Assembly (NCBI GenBank): GCA_964016885.1
Contig: OZ024744.1
Span: 100,006,001 to 100,070,000 of the forward strand
Direction of reading: 5' to 3'
DNA from: Eledone cirrhosa
Lineage: Eukaryota
DNA: 64,000 nt
This document shows, in pieces, positions 41,401-55,600 of the stretch. The notes beneath the pieces were generated by a model, which saw only the letters and a list, made by a program, of their open reading frames with translations, had not been told where the DNA came from and did no database searches. Within the stretch, counting starts at the first letter, position 1, and the number at the start of each line of letters is the position of its first letter. A program made the position numbers and the translations under genes.

Positions 41401-43130
41401 AACAGTAGATTGTGGTAGTTGTAGCACTGTAAACCAGGGTGGTGGGCATAGTTGGAGAGCTGCAAAGAAACAGTAGATGGTGGTAGTTGTAGTACTGTAA
41501 AACATGGTGGTGGGCATGGTTGGAGAGCTGTAAAGATAACAATAGATGGTGGTAGTTGTAGCACTGTAAATCAGGGTGGTGTGCACGGTTGGAGAGCTGT
41601 AAAGAAACAATAGATGGTGGTAGTTGTAGCACTGTAAAACAGGGTGTTGTGCATGGTTGGAGAGCTGTAAAGAAACAGTAGAAGGTGGTAGTTGTAGCAC
41701 TGTAAAACAGGGTGGTGGGCATGGTTGGAGAGCTGTAAAGAAACAGTAGATGGTGGTAGTTGTAGCACTGTAAAACAGGGTGGTGGGCATGCTTGGAGAG
41801 CTGTAAAGAGACAATAGATGGTGGTAGTTGCAGCACTGTAAAACAGGGTGGTGGGCATGGTTGGAGAGCTGTAAAGAGACGATAGATGGTGGTAGTTGTA
41901 GCACTGTAAAACAGGGGGGTGGGCATGGTTGGAGAGCTGTAAAGAGACAATAGATGGTGGTAGTTGTAGCACTGTAAAACAGGGTGGTGGGCATGGTTGG
42001 AGAGCTGTAAAGAAACAATAGATGGTGGTAGTTGTAGCACTGTAAAACAGGGTGGTGGGCATGGTTGGAGAGCTGTAAAGAGACAATAGATGGTGGTAGT
42101 TGTAGCACTGTAAAACAGGGTGGTGGGCATGGTTGGAGAGCTGTAAAGAAACAATAGATGGTGGTAGTTGTAGCACTGTAAAACAGGGTGGTGGGCATGG
42201 TTGGAGAGCTGTAAAGAAACAATAGATGGTGGTAGTTGTAGCACTGTAAAACAGGGTGGTGGGCATGGTTGGAGAGCTGTAAAGAAACAATAGATGGTGG
42301 TAGTTGTAGCACTGTAAAACAGGGTTGTGGGCATGGTTGGAGAGCTGTAAAGAAACAGTAGAAGGTGGTAGTTGTAGCACTGTAAAACAGGGTGGTGGGC
42401 ATGGTTGGAGAGCTGTAAACAAACAGTAGATGGTGGTAGTTGTAGCACTGTAAAACAGGGTGGTGGGCATGGTTGGAGAGCTGTAAAGATACAGTAGATG
42501 GTGGGAGTTGTAGCACTGTAAAACAGGGTGGTGGGCATGGTTGGAGAGCTGTAAAGAAACAATAGATGGTGGTAGTTGTAGCACAGTAAAACAGGGTGGT
42601 GGGCATGGTTGGAGAGCTGTAAAGAGACAATAGATGGTGGTAGTTGTAGCACTGTAAAACAGGGTGGTGGGCATGGTTGGAGAGCTGTAAAAAAACAATA
42701 GATGGTGGTAGTTGTAGCACTGTAAAACAGGGTGGTGGGCATGGTTGGAGAGCTGTAAAGAAACAATAGATGGTGGTAGTTGTAGCAAAGTAAAACAGGT
42801 TGGTGGGCATGATTGGAGAGCTGTAAAGAAACAATAGATGGTGGTAGTTGTAGTACTGTAAAACAGGGTGGTGGGCATGGTTGGAGAGCTGTAAAGAGAC
42901 AGTAGATGGTGGTAGTTGTAGCACTGTAAAACAGGGTGGTGGGCATGGTTGGAGAGCTGTAAAGAAACAGTAGATGGTGGTAGTTGTAGCACTGTAAAAC
43001 AAGGTGGTGGGCATGGTTGGAGAGCTGTAAAGAGACAATAGAAGGTGGTAGTTGTAGCACTGTAAAACAAGGTGGTGGGCATGGTTGGAGAGCTGTAAAG
43101 AAACAATAGATGGTGGTAGTTGTAGCACTG
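38460..43130 (+). repeat. Copy of the ~30.6-35.3 kb block at offset 7892 bp (116 monomers)
   Basis: 31443/39335, 31630/39522, 32146/40038, 33065/40957 and 33679/41571 are all offset by 7892 = 116x68+4. The offset drops to 7757 after a two-monomer loss near 41.8 kb. Confidence 0.85.
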
Positions 43131-45479
43131 TAAAACAGGGTGGTGGGCATGGTTGGAGAGCTGTAAAGAAACAGTAGAAGGTGGTAGTTGTAGCACTGTA
43201 AAACAGGGTGGTGGTCATGGTTGGAGAGCTGTAAAGAGACAGTAGATGGTGGGAGTTGTAGCACTGTAAAACAGGGTGGTGGGCATGGTTGGAGAGCTGT
43301 AAAGAGACAGTAGATGGTGGGAGTTGTAGCACTGTAAAACAGGGTGGTGGGCATGGTTGGAGAGCTGTAAAGAAACAATAGATGGTGGTAGTTGTAGCAC
43401 TGTAAACCAGGGTGGTGGGCATGGTTGGAGAGCTGTAAAGAGACAATAGTTGGTGGTAGTTGTAGCACAGTAAAACAGGGTGGTGGGCATGGTTGGAGAG
43501 CTGTAAAGAAACAATAGATGGTGGTAGTTGTAGCACTGTAAAACAGGGTGGTGGGCATGGTTGGAGAGCTGTAAAGAGACAATAGATGGTGGTAGTTGTA
43601 GTACTGTAAAACAGGGTGGTGGGCATGGTTGGAGAGCTGTAAAGAAACAATAGATGGTGGTAGTTGTAGCAGTGTAAAACATGGTGGTGGGCATGGTTGG
43701 AGAGCTGTAAAGAGACAATAGATGGTGGTAGTTGTAGCACTGTAAAACAGGGTGGTGGGCATGGTTGGAGAGCTGTAAAGAGACAATAGATGGTGGGAGT
43801 TGTAGCACTGTAAAACAGGGTGGTGGGCATGGTTGGAGAGCTGTAAAGAAACAATAGATGGTGGTAGTTGTAGCACTGTAAAACAGGGTGGTGGGCATGG
43901 TTGGAGAGCTGTAATGAAACAGTAGATGGTGGTAGTTGTAGCACTGTAAAACATGGTGGTGAGCATGGTTGGAGAGCTGTAAAGAAACAATAGATGGTGG
44001 TAGTTGTAGCACTGTAAAACAGGGTGGTGGGCATGGTTGGAGAGCTGTAAAGAGACAGTAGATGGTGGTCGTTGTAGCACTGTAAAACAGGGTGGTGGGC
44101 ATGGATGGAGAGCTGTAAAGAAACAGTAGATGGTGGTAGTTGTAGTACTGTAAAACATGGTGGTGGGCATGGTTGGAGAGCTGTAAAGATAACAATAGAT
44201 GGTGGTAGTTGTAGCACTGTAAAACATGGTGGAGGGCATGGTTGGAGAGCTGTAAAGAAACAGTAGATTGTGGTAGTTGTAGCACTGTAAACCAGGGTGG
44301 TGGGCATAGTTGGAGAGCTGCAAAGAAACAGTAGATGGTGGTAGTTGTAGTACTGTAAAACATGGTGGTGGGCATGGTTGGAGAGCTGTAAAGATAACAA
44401 TAGATGGTGGTAGTTGTAGCACTGTAAATCAGGGTGGTGTGTACGGTTGGAGAGCTGTAAAGAAACAATAGATGGTGGTAGTTGTAGCACTGTAAAACAG
44501 GGTGTTGGGCATGGTTGGAGAGCTGTAAAGAAACAGTAGAAGGTGGTAGTTGTAGCACTGTAAAACAGGGTGGTGGGCATGGTTGGAGAGCTGTAAAGAA
44601 ACAGTAGATGGTGGTAGTTGTAGCAGTGTAAAACAGGGTGGTGGGCATGGTTGGAGAGCTGTAAAGAGACAGTAGATGGTGGGAGTTGTAGCACTGTAAA
44701 CAGGGTGGTGGGCATGGTTGGAGAGCTGTAAAGAAACAATAGATGTTGGTAGTTGTAGCACTGTAAAACAGGGTGGTGGGCATGGTTGGAGAGCTGTAAA
44801 GAGACAATAGATGGTGGTAGTTGTAGCACTGTAAAACAGGGTGGTGGGCATGGTTGGAGAGCTGTAAAGAGACAATAGATGGTGTTAGTTGTAGCACTGT
44901 AAAACAGGGTGGTGGGCATGGTTGGAGAGCTGTAAAGAAACAGTAGATGGTGGTAGTTGTAGTACTGTAAAACATGGTGGTGGGCATGGTTGGAGAGCTG
45001 TAAAGAAACAATAGAAGGTGGTAGTTGTAGCAGTGTAAAACAGGGTGGTGGGCATGGTTGGAGAGCTGTAAAGAGACAATAGATGGTGGTAGTTGTAGCA
45101 CTGTAAAACAGGGTGGTGGGCATGGTTGGAGAGCTGTAAAGAAACAATAGATGGTGGTAGTTGTAACACTGTAAAACAGGGTGGTGGGCATGGTTGGAGA
45201 GCTGTAAAGAAACAATAGATGGTGGTAGTTGTAGCACTGTAAAACAGGGTGTTGGGCATGGTTGGAAAGCTGTAAAGAGACAGTAGATGGTGCTAGTTGT
45301 AGCACTGTAAAACAGGGTGGTGGGCATGGTTGGAGAGCTGTAAAGAAACAATAGAAGGTGGTAGTTGTAGCAGTGTAAAACAGGGTGGTGGGCATGGTTG
45401 GAGAGCTGTAAAGAGACAATAGATGGTGGTAGTTGTAGCACTGTAAAACAGGGTGGTGGGCATGGTTGGAGAGCTGTAA

Positions 45480-48400
45480 AGAGACAATAGATGGTGGTAG
45501 TTGTAGCACTGTAAAACAGGGTGGTGGGCATGGTTGGAGAGCTGTAAAGAAACAATAGATGGTGGTAGTTGTAGCACTGTAAAACAGGGTGGTGGGCATG
45601 GTTGGAGAGCTGTAAAGAGACAATAGATGGTGGTAGTTGTAGCGCTGTAAAAGAGGGTGGTGGGCTTGGTTGGAGAGCTGTAAAGAAACAGTAGATGGTG
45701 GTAGTTGTAGCACTGTAAAACAAGGTGGTGGGCATGGTTGGAGAGCTGTAAAGAGACAATAGAAGGTGGTAGTTGTAGCACTGTAAAACAAGGTGGTGGG
45801 CATGGTTTGAGAGCTGTAAAGAAACAATAGAAGGTGGTAGTTGTAGCACTGTAAAACAGTGTGGTGGGCATGGTTGGAGAGCTGTAAAGAAACAGTAGAT
45901 GGTGGTACTTGTAGCACTGTAAAACAGGGTGGTGGGCATGGTTGGAGAGCTGTAAAGAAACAATAGATGGTGGTAGTTGTAGCTCTGTAAAACAGGGTGG
46001 TGGGCATGGTTGGAGAGCTGTAAAGAGACAATAGATGGTGGTAGTTGTAGTACTGTAAAACAGGGTGGTGGGCATGGTTGGAGAGCTGTAAAGAAACAAT
46101 AGATGGTGGTAGCTGTAGCAGTGTAAAACATGGTGGTGGGCATGGTTGGAGAGCTGTAAAGAGACAATAGATGGTGGTAGTTGTAGCACTGTAAAACAGG
46201 GTGGTGTGCATGGTTGGAGAGCTGTAAAGAAACAGTAGATGGTGGTAGTTGTAGTACTGTAAAACATGGTGGTGGGCATGGTTGGAGAGCTGTAAAGAAA
46301 CAATAGAAGGTGGTAGTTGTAGCAGTGTAAAACAGGGTGGTGGGCATGGTTGGAGAGCTGTAAAGAGACAATAGATGGTGGTAGTTATAGCACTGTAAAA
46401 CATGGTGGTGGGCATGGTTGGAGAGCTGTAAAGAAACAATAGATGGTGGTAGTTGTAACACTGTAAAACAGGGTGGTGGGCATGGTTGGAGAGCTGTAAA
46501 GAAACAATAGATGGTGGTAGTTGTAGCACTGTAAAACAGGGTGGTGGGCATGGTTGGAGAGCTGTAAAGAGACAATAGATGGTGGTAGTTGTAGTACTGT
46601 AAAACAGGGTGGTGGGCATGGTTGGAGAGCTGTAAAGAAACAATAGATGGTGGTAGCTGTAGCAGTGTAAAACATGGTGGTGGGCATGGTTGGAGAGCTG
46701 TAAAGAGACAATAGATGGTGGTAGTTGTAGTACTGTAAAACAGGGTGGTGGGCATGGTTGGAGAGCTGTAAAGAAACAATAGATGGTGGGAGTTGTAGCA
46801 CTGTAAAACAGGGTGGTGGGCATGGTTGGAGAGCTGTAAAGAAACAGTAGAAGGTGGTAGTTGTAGCACTGTAAAACAGGGTGTTGGTCATGGTTGGAGA
46901 GCTGTAAAGAGACAATAGATGGTGGTAGTTGTAGCACTGTAAAACAGGGTGGTGGGCATGGTTGGAGAGCTGTAAAGAGACAATAGATGGTGGTAGTTGT
47001 AGCGCTGTAAAACAGGGTGGTGGGCTTGGTTGGAGAGCTGTAAAGAAACAGTAGATGGTGGTAGTTGTAGCACTGTAAAACAGGGTGGTGGGCATGGTTG
47101 GAGAGCTGTAAAGAGACAATAGATGGTGGTAGTTGTAGCGCTGTAAAACAGGGTGGTGGGCTTGGTTGGAGAGCTGTAAAGAAACAGTAGATGGTGGTAG
47201 TTGTAGCACTGTAAAACAAAGTGGTGGGCATGGTTGGAGAGCTGTAAAGAGACAATAGAAGGTGGTAGTTGTAGCACTGTAAAACAAGGTGGTGGGCATG
47301 GTTGGAGAGCTGTAAAGAAACAATAGAAGGTGGTAGTTGTAGCACTGTAAAACAGTGTGGTGGGCATGGTTGGAGAGCTGTAAAGAAACAGTAGATGGTG
47401 GTACTTGTAGCACTGTAAAACAGGGTGGTGGGCATGGTTGGAGAGCTGTAAAGAAACAATAGATGGTGGAAGTTGTAGCTCTGTAAAACAGGGTGGTGGG
47501 CATGGTTGGAGAGCTGTAAAGAGACAATAGATGGTGGTAGTTGTAGTACTGTAAAACAGGGTGGTGGGCATGGTTGGAGAGCTGTAAAGAAACAATAGAT
47601 GGTGGTAGCTGTAGCAGTGTAAAACATGGTGGTGGGCATGGTTGGAGAGCTGTAAAGAGACAATAGATGGTGGTAGTTGTAGCACTGTAAAACAGGGTGG
47701 TGGGCATGGTTGGAGAGCTGTAAAGAAACAGTAGATGGTGGTAGTTGTAGTACTGTAAAACATGGTGGTGGGCATGGTTGGAGAGCTGTAAAGAAACAAT
47801 AGAAGGTGGTAGTTGTAGCAGTGTAAAACAGGGTGGTGGGCATGGTTGGAGAGCTGTAAAGAGACAATAGATGGTGGTAGTTGTAGCACTGTAAAACATG
47901 GTGGTGGGCATGGTTGGAGAGCTGTAAAGAAACAATAGATGGTGGTAGTTGTAACACTGTAAAACAGGGTGGTGGGCATGGTTGGAGAGCTGTAAAGAAA
48001 CAATAGATGGTGGTAGTTGTAGCACTGTAAAACAGGGTGGTGGGCATGGTTGGAGAGCTGTAAAGAGACAATAGATGGTGGTAGTTGTAGCACTGTAAAA
48101 CAGGGTGGTGGGCATGGTTGGAGAGCTGTAAAGAAACAATAGATGGTGGTAGCTGTAGCAGTGTAAAACATGGTGGTGGGCATGGTTGGAGAGCTGTAAA
48201 GAGACAATAGATGGTGGTAGTTGTAGTACTGTAAAACAGGGTGGTGGGCATGGTTGGAGAGCTGTAAAGAAACAATAGATGGTGGGAGTTGTAGCACTGT
48301 AAAACAGGGTGGTGGGCATGGTTGGAGAGCTGTAAAGAAACAGTAGAAGGTGGTAGTTGTAGCACTGTAAAACAGGGTGTTGGTCATGGTTGGAGAGCTG

Positions 48401-51400
48401 TAAAGAGACAATAGATGGTGGTAGTTGTAGCACTGTAAAACAGGGTGGTGGGCATGGTTGGAGAGCTGTAAAGAAACAATAGATGGTGGTAGTTGTAGCA
48501 GTGTAAAACATGGTGATGGGCATGGTTGGAGAGCTGTAAAGAGACAATAGATGGTGGTAGTTGTAGCACTGTAAAACAGGGTGGTGGGCATGGTTGGAGA
48601 GCTGTAAAGAAACAGTAGATGGTGGTAGTTGTAGTACTGTAAAACATGGTGGTGGGCATGGTTGGAGAGCTGTAAAGAAACAATAGAAGGTGGTAGTTGT
48701 AGCAGTGTAAAACAGGGTGGTGGGCATGGTTGGAGAGCTGTAGAGAGACAATAGATGGTGGGTGTTGTAGCACTGTAAAACATGGTGGTGGGCATGGTTG
48801 GAGAGCTGTAAAGATAACAATAGATGGTGGTAGTTGTAACACTGTAAAACAGGGTGGTGGGCATGGTTGGAGAGCTGTAAAGAAACAATAGATGGTGGTA
48901 GTTGTAGCACTGTAAAACAGGGTGGTGGGCATGGTTGGAGAGCTGTAAAGAGACAATAGATGGTGGTAGTTGTAGTACTGTAAAACAGGGTGGTGGGCAT
49001 GGTTGGAGAGCTGTAAAGAAACAATAGATGGTGGTAGCTGTAGCAGTGTAAAACATGGTGGTGGGCATGGTTGGAGAGCTGTAAAGAGACAATAGATGGT
49101 GGTAGTTGTAGCACTGTAAAACAGGGTGGTGGGCATGGTTGGAGAGCTGTAAAGAAACAATAGATGGTGGTAGTTGTAGCACTGTAAAACAGGGTGGTGG
49201 GCATGGTTGGAGAGCTGTAAAGAGACAATAGATGGTGGTAGTTGTAGCGCTGTAAAACAGGGTGGTGGGCTTGGTTGGAGAGCTGTAAAGAAACAGTAGA
49301 TGGTGGTAGTTGTAGCACTGTAAAACAAGGTGGTGGGCATGGTTGGAGAGCTGTAAAGAGACAATAGAAGGTGGTAGTTGTAGCACTGTAAAACAAGGTG
49401 GTGGGCATGGTTGGAGAGCTGTAAAGAAACAATAGAAGGTGGTAGTTGTAGCACTGTAAAACAGTGTGGTGGGCATGGTTGGAGAGCTGTAAAGAAACAG
49501 TAGATGGTGGTACTTGTAGCACTGTAAAACAGGGTGGTGGGCATGGTTGGAGAGCTGTAAAGAAACAATAGATGGTGGTAGTTGTAGCTCTGTAAAACAG
49601 GGTGGTGGGCATGGTTGGAGAGCTGTAAAGAGACAATAGATGGTGGTAGTTGTAGTACTGTAAAACAGGGTGGTGGGCATGGTTGGAGAGCTGTAAAGAA
49701 ACAATAGATGGTGGTAGCTGTAGCAGTGTAAAACATGGTGGTGGGCATGGTTGGAGAGCTGTAAAGAGACAATAGATGGTGGTAGTTGTAGCACTGTAAA
49801 ACAGGGTGGTGTGCATGGTTGGAGAGCTGTAAAGAAACAGTAGATGGTGGTAGTTGTAGTACTGTAAAACATGGTGGTGGGCATGGTTGGAGAGCTGTAA
49901 AGAAACAATAGAAGGTGGTAGTTGTAGCAGTGTAAAACAGGGTGGTGGGCATGGTTGGAGAGCTGTAAAGAGACAATAGATGGTGGTAGTTATAGCACTG
50001 TAAAACATGGTGGTGGGCATGGTTGGAGAGCTGTAAAGAAACAATAGATGGTGGTAGTTGTAACACTGTAAAACAGGGTGGTGGGCATGGTTGGAGAGCT
50101 GTAAAGAAACAATAGATGGTGGTAGTTGTAGCACTGTAAAACAGGGTGGTGGGCATGGTTGGAGAGCTGTAAAGAGACAATAGATGGTGGTAGTTGTAGT
50201 ACTGTAAAACAGGGTGGTGGGCATGGTTGGAGAGCTGTAAAGAAACAATAGATGGTGGTAGCTGTAGCAGTGTAAAACATGGTGGTGGGCATGGTTGGAG
50301 AGCTGTAAAGAGACAATAGATGGTGGTAGTTGTAGTACTGTAAAACAGGGTGGTGGGCATGGTTGGAGAGCTGTAAAGAAACAATAGATGGTGGGAGTTG
50401 TAGCACTGTAAAACAGGGTGGTGGGCATGGTTGGAGAGCTGTAAAGAAACAGTAGAAGGTGGTAGTTGTAGCACTGTAAAACAGGGTGTTGGTCATGGTT
50501 GGAGAGCTGTAAAGAGACAATAGATGGTGGTAGTTGTAGCACTGTAAAACAGGGTGGTGGGCATGGTTGGAGAGCTGTAAAGAGACAATAGATGGTGGTA
50601 GTTGTAGCGCTGTAAAACAGGGTGGTGGGCTTGGTTGGAGAGCTGTAAAGAAACAGTAGATGGTGGTAGTTGTAGCACTGTAAAACAGGGTGGTGGGCAT
50701 GGTTGGAGAGCTGTAAAGAGACAATAGATGGTGGTAGTTGTAGCGCTGTAAAACAGGGTGGTGGGCTTGGTTGGAGAGCTGTAAAGAAACAGTAGATGGT
50801 GGTAGTTGTAGCACTGTAAAACAAAGTGGTGGGCATGGTTGGAGAGCTGTAAAGAGACAATAGAAGGTGGTAGTTGTAGCACTGTAAAACAAGGTGGTGG
50901 GCATGGTTGGAGAGCTGTAAAGAAACAATAGAAGGTGGTAGTTGTAGCACTGTAAAACAGTGTGGTGGGCATGGTTGGAGAGCTGTAAAGAAACAGTAGA
51001 TGGTGGTACTTGTAGCACTGTAAAACAGGGTGGTGGGCATGGTTGGAGAGCTGTAAAGAAACAATAGATGGTGGAAGTTGTAGCTCTGTAAAACAGGGTG
51101 GTGGGCATGGTTGGAGAGCTGTAAAGAGACAATAGATGGTGGTAGTTGTAGTACTGTAAAACAGGGTGGTGGGCATGGTTGGAGAGCTGTAAAGAAACAA
51201 TAGATGGTGGTAGCTGTAGCAGTGTAAAACATGGTGGTGGGCATGGTTGGAGAGCTGTAAAGAGACAATAGATGGTGGTAGTTGTAGCACTGTAAAACAG
51301 GGTGGTGGGCATGGTTGGAGAGCTGTAAAGAAACAGTAGATGGTGGTAGTTGTAGTACTGTAAAACATGGTGGTGGGCATGGTTGGAGAGCTGTAAAGAA

Positions 51401-52690
51401 ACAATAGAAGGTGGTAGTTGTAGCAGTGTAAAACAGGGTGGTGGGCATGGTTGGAGAGCTGTAAAGAGACAATAGATGGTGGTAGTTGTAGCACTGTAAA
51501 ACATGGTGGTGGGCATGGTTGGAGAGCTGTAAAGAAACAATAGATGGTGGTAGTTGTAACACTGTAAAACAGGGTGGTGGGCATGGTTGGAGAGCTGTAA
51601 AGAAACAATAGATGGTGGTAGTTGTAGCACTGTAAAACAGGGTGGTGGGCATGGTTGGAGAGCTGTAAAGAGACAATAGATGGTGGTAGTTGTAGCACTG
51701 TAAAACAGGGTGGTGGGCATGGTTGGAGAGCTGTAAAGAAACAATAGATGGTGGTAGCTGTAGCAGTGTAAAACATGGTGGTGGGCATGGTTGGAGAGCT
51801 GTAAAGAGACAATAGATGGTGGTAGTTGTAGTACTGTAAAACAGGGTGGTGGGCATGGTTGGAGAAACAATAGATGGTGGGAGTTGTAGCACTGTAAAAC
51901 AGGGTGGTGGGCATGGTTGGAGAGCTGTAAAGAAACAGTAGAAGGTGGTAGTTGTAGCACTGTAAAACAGGGTGTTGGTCATGGTTGGAGAGCTGTAAAG
52001 AGACAATAGATGGTGGTAGTTGTAGCACTGTAAAACAGGGTGGTGGGCATGGTTGGAGAGCTGTAAAGAAACAATAGATGGTGGTAGTTGTAGCAGTGTA
52101 AAACATGGTGATGGGCATGGTTGGAGAGCTGTAAAGAGACAATAGATGGTGGTAGTTGTAGCACTGTAAAACAGGGTGGTGGGCATGGTTGGAGAGCTGT
52201 AAAGAAACAGTAGATGGTGGTAGTTGTAGTACTGTAAAACATGGTGGTGGGCATGGTTGGAGAGCTGTAAAGAAACAATAGAAGGTGGTAGTTGTAGCAG
52301 TGTAAAACAGGGTGGTGGGCATGGTTGGAGAGCTGTAGAGAGACAATAGATGGTGGGTGTTGTAGCACTGTAAAACATGGTGGTGGGCATGGTTGGAGAG
52401 CTGTAAAGATAACAATAGATGGTGGTAGTTGTAACACTGTAAAACAGGGTGGTGGGCATGGTTGGAGAGCTGTAAAGAAACAATAGATGGTGGTAGTTGT
52501 AGCACTGTAAAACAGGGTGGTGGGCATGGTTGGAGAGCTGTAAAGAGACAATAGATGGTGGTAGTTGTAGTACTGTAAAACAGGGTGGTGGGCATGGTTG
52601 GAGAGCTGTAAAGAAACAATAGATGGTGGTAGCTGTAGCAGTGTAAAACATGGTGGTGGGCATGGTTGGAGAGCTGTAAAGAGACAATAG
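45480..52690 (+). repeat. Tandem duplication of 53 monomers (3605 bp)
   Basis: gcgctg 45642/49247, gttatagc 46385/49990 and ttggtca 46888/50493 are offset by 3605 = 53x68+1. The pair 48384/51979 is offset by 3595 because of a 10-bp deletion at ~51865. Confidence 0.88.
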
Positions 52691-55600
52691 ATGGTGGTAG
52701 TTGTAGTACTGTAAAACAGGGTGGTGGGCATGGTTGGAGAACTGTAAAGAAACAATAGATGGTGGGAGTTGTAGCACTGTAAAACAGGGTGGTGGGCATG
52801 GTTGGAGAGCTGTAAAGAAACAGTAGAAGGTGGTAGTTGTAGCACTGTAAAACAGGGTGTTGGTCATGGTTGGAGAGCTGTAAAGAGACAATAGATGGTG
52901 GTAGTTGTAGCACTGTAAAACAGGGTGGTGGGCATGGTTGGAGAGCTGTAAAGAAACAATAGATGGTGGTAGTTGTAGCAGTGTAAAACATGGTGATGGG
53001 CATGGTTGGAGAGCTGTAAAGAGACAATAGATGGTGGTAGTTGTAGCACTCTAAAACAGGGTGGTGGGCATTGTTGGAGAGCTGTAAAGAGACAGTAGAT
53101 GGTGGTAGTTGTAGCACTGTAAAACAGGGTGGTGGGCCTGGTTGGAGAGCTGTAAAGATAACAATAGATGGTGGTAGTTGTAGCACTGTAAAACATGGTG
53201 GTGGGCATGGTTGGAGAGCTGTAAAGAAACAGTAGATGGTGGGAGTTGTAGCACTGTAAAACAGGGTGGTGGGCATGGTTGGAGAGCTGTAAAGAAACAG
53301 TAGAAGGTGGTAGTTGTAACACTGTAAAACAGGGTGGTGGGCATGGTTGGAGAGCTGTAAAGAAACAATAGATGGTGGTAGTTGTAGCACTGTAAAACAG
53401 GGTGGTGGGCATGGTTGGAGAGCTGTAAAGAGACAATAGATGGTGGTAGTTGTAGCACTGTAAAACAGGGTGCTGGGCATGGTTGGAGAGCTGTATAGAG
53501 ACAGTAGATGGTGGTAGTTGTAGCACTGTAAAACAGGGTGGTGGGCCTGGTTGGAGAGCTGTAAAGTTAACAATAGATGGTGGTAGTTGTAGCACTGTAA
53601 AACATGGTGGTGGGCATGGTTGGAGAGCTGTAAAGAAACAGTAGATGGTGGTAGTTGTAGCACTGTAAAACAGGGTGGTGGGCATGGTTGGAGAGCTGTA
53701 AAGAAACAGTAGAAGGTGGTAGTTGTAGCACTGTAAAACAGGGTGATGGGCATGGTTGGAGAGCTGTAAAGAGACAATAGAAGGTGGTAGTTGTAGCACT
53801 GTAAAACAGGGTGGTGGGAATGGTTGGAGAGCTGTAAAGAAACAGTAGATGGTGGTAATTGTAGCACTGTAAAACAGGGTGGTGGGCATGGTTGGAGAGC
53901 TGTAAAGATACAGTTGATGGTGGGAGTTGTAGCACTGTAAAACAGGGTGGTGGGCATGGTTGGAGAGATGTAAAGAAACAATAGATGGTGGTAGTTGTAG
54001 CACTGTAAAACATGGTGGTGGGCATGGTTGGAGAGCTGTAAAGAGACAATAGATGGTGGTAGTTGTAGCACTGTAAAACAGGGTGGTGGGCATGGTTGGA
54101 GAGCTGTAAAGAGACAATAGATGGTGGTAGTTGTAGCACTGTAAAACAGGGTGGTGGGCATGGTTGGTGAGCTGTAAAGAGACAATAGATGGTGGTAGTT
54201 GTAGCACTGTAAAACAGGGTGGTGGGCATGGTTGGAGAGCTGTAAAGAGACAATAGATGGTGGTAGTTGTAGCACTGTAAAACAGGGTGGTGGGCATGGT
54301 TGGAGAGCTGTAAAGAGACAATAGATGGTGGTAGTTGTAGCACTGTAAATCAGGGTGGTGGGCATGGTTGGAGAGCTGTAAAGAAACAATAGATGGTGGT
54401 AGTTGTAGCACTGTAAAACAGCGTGGTGGGCATGGTTGGAGAGCTGTAATGAAACAGTAGATGGTGGTAGTTGTAGCACTGTAAAACATGGTGGTGAGCA
54501 TGGTTGGAGAGCTGTAAAGAAACAATAGATGGTGGTAGTTGTAGCACTGTAAAACAGGGTGGTGGGCATGGTTGGAGAGCTGTAAAGAGACAGTAGATGG
54601 TGGTCGTTGTAGCACTGTAAAACAGGGTGGTGGGCATGGATGGAGAGCTGTAAAGAAACAGTAGATGGTGGTAGTTGTAGTACTGTAAAACATGGTGGTG
54701 GGCATGGTTGGAGAGCTGTAAAGATAACAATAGATGGTGGTAGTTGTAGCACTGTAAAACATGGTGGAGGGCATGGTTGGAGAGCTGTAAAGAAACAGTA
54801 GATTGTGGTAGTTGTAGCACTGTAAACCAGGGTGGTGGGCATAGTTGGAGAGCTGCAAAGAAACAGTAGATGGTGGTAGTTGTAGTACTGTAAAACATGG
54901 TGGTGGGCATGGTTGGAGAGCTGTAAAGATAACAATAGATGGTGGTAGTTGTAGCACTGTAAATCAGGGTGGTGTGCACGGTTGGAGAGCTGTAAAGAAA
55001 CAATAGATGGTGGTAGTTGTAGCACTGTAAAACAGGGTGTTGGGCATGGTTGGAGAGCTGTAAAGAAACAGTAGAAGGTGGTAGTTGTAGCACTGTAAAA
55101 CAGGGTGGTGGGCATGGTTGGAGAGCTGTAAAGAAACAGTAGATGGTGGTAGTTGTAGCACTGTAAAACAGGGTGGTGGGCATGGTTGGAGAGCTGTAAA
55201 GAGACAGTAGATGGTGGGAGTTGTAGCACTGTAAACAGGATGGTGGGCATGGTTGGAGAGCTGTAAAGAAACAATAGATGGTGGTAGTTGTAGCACTGTA
55301 AAACAGGGTGGTGGGCATGGTTGGAGAGCTGTAAAGAGACAATAGATGGTGGTAGTTGTAGCACTGTAAAACAGGGTGGTGGGCATGGTTGGAGAGCTGT
55401 AAAGAGACAATAGATGGTGTTAGTTGTAGCACTGTAAAACAGGGTGGTGGGCATGGTTGGAGAGCTGTAAAGAAACAGTAGATGGTGGTAGTTGTAGTAC
55501 TGTAAAACATGGTGGTGGGCATGGTTGGAGAGCTGTAAAGAAACAATAGAAGGTGGTAGTTGTAGCAGTGTAAAACAGGGTGGTGGGCATGGTTGGAGAG

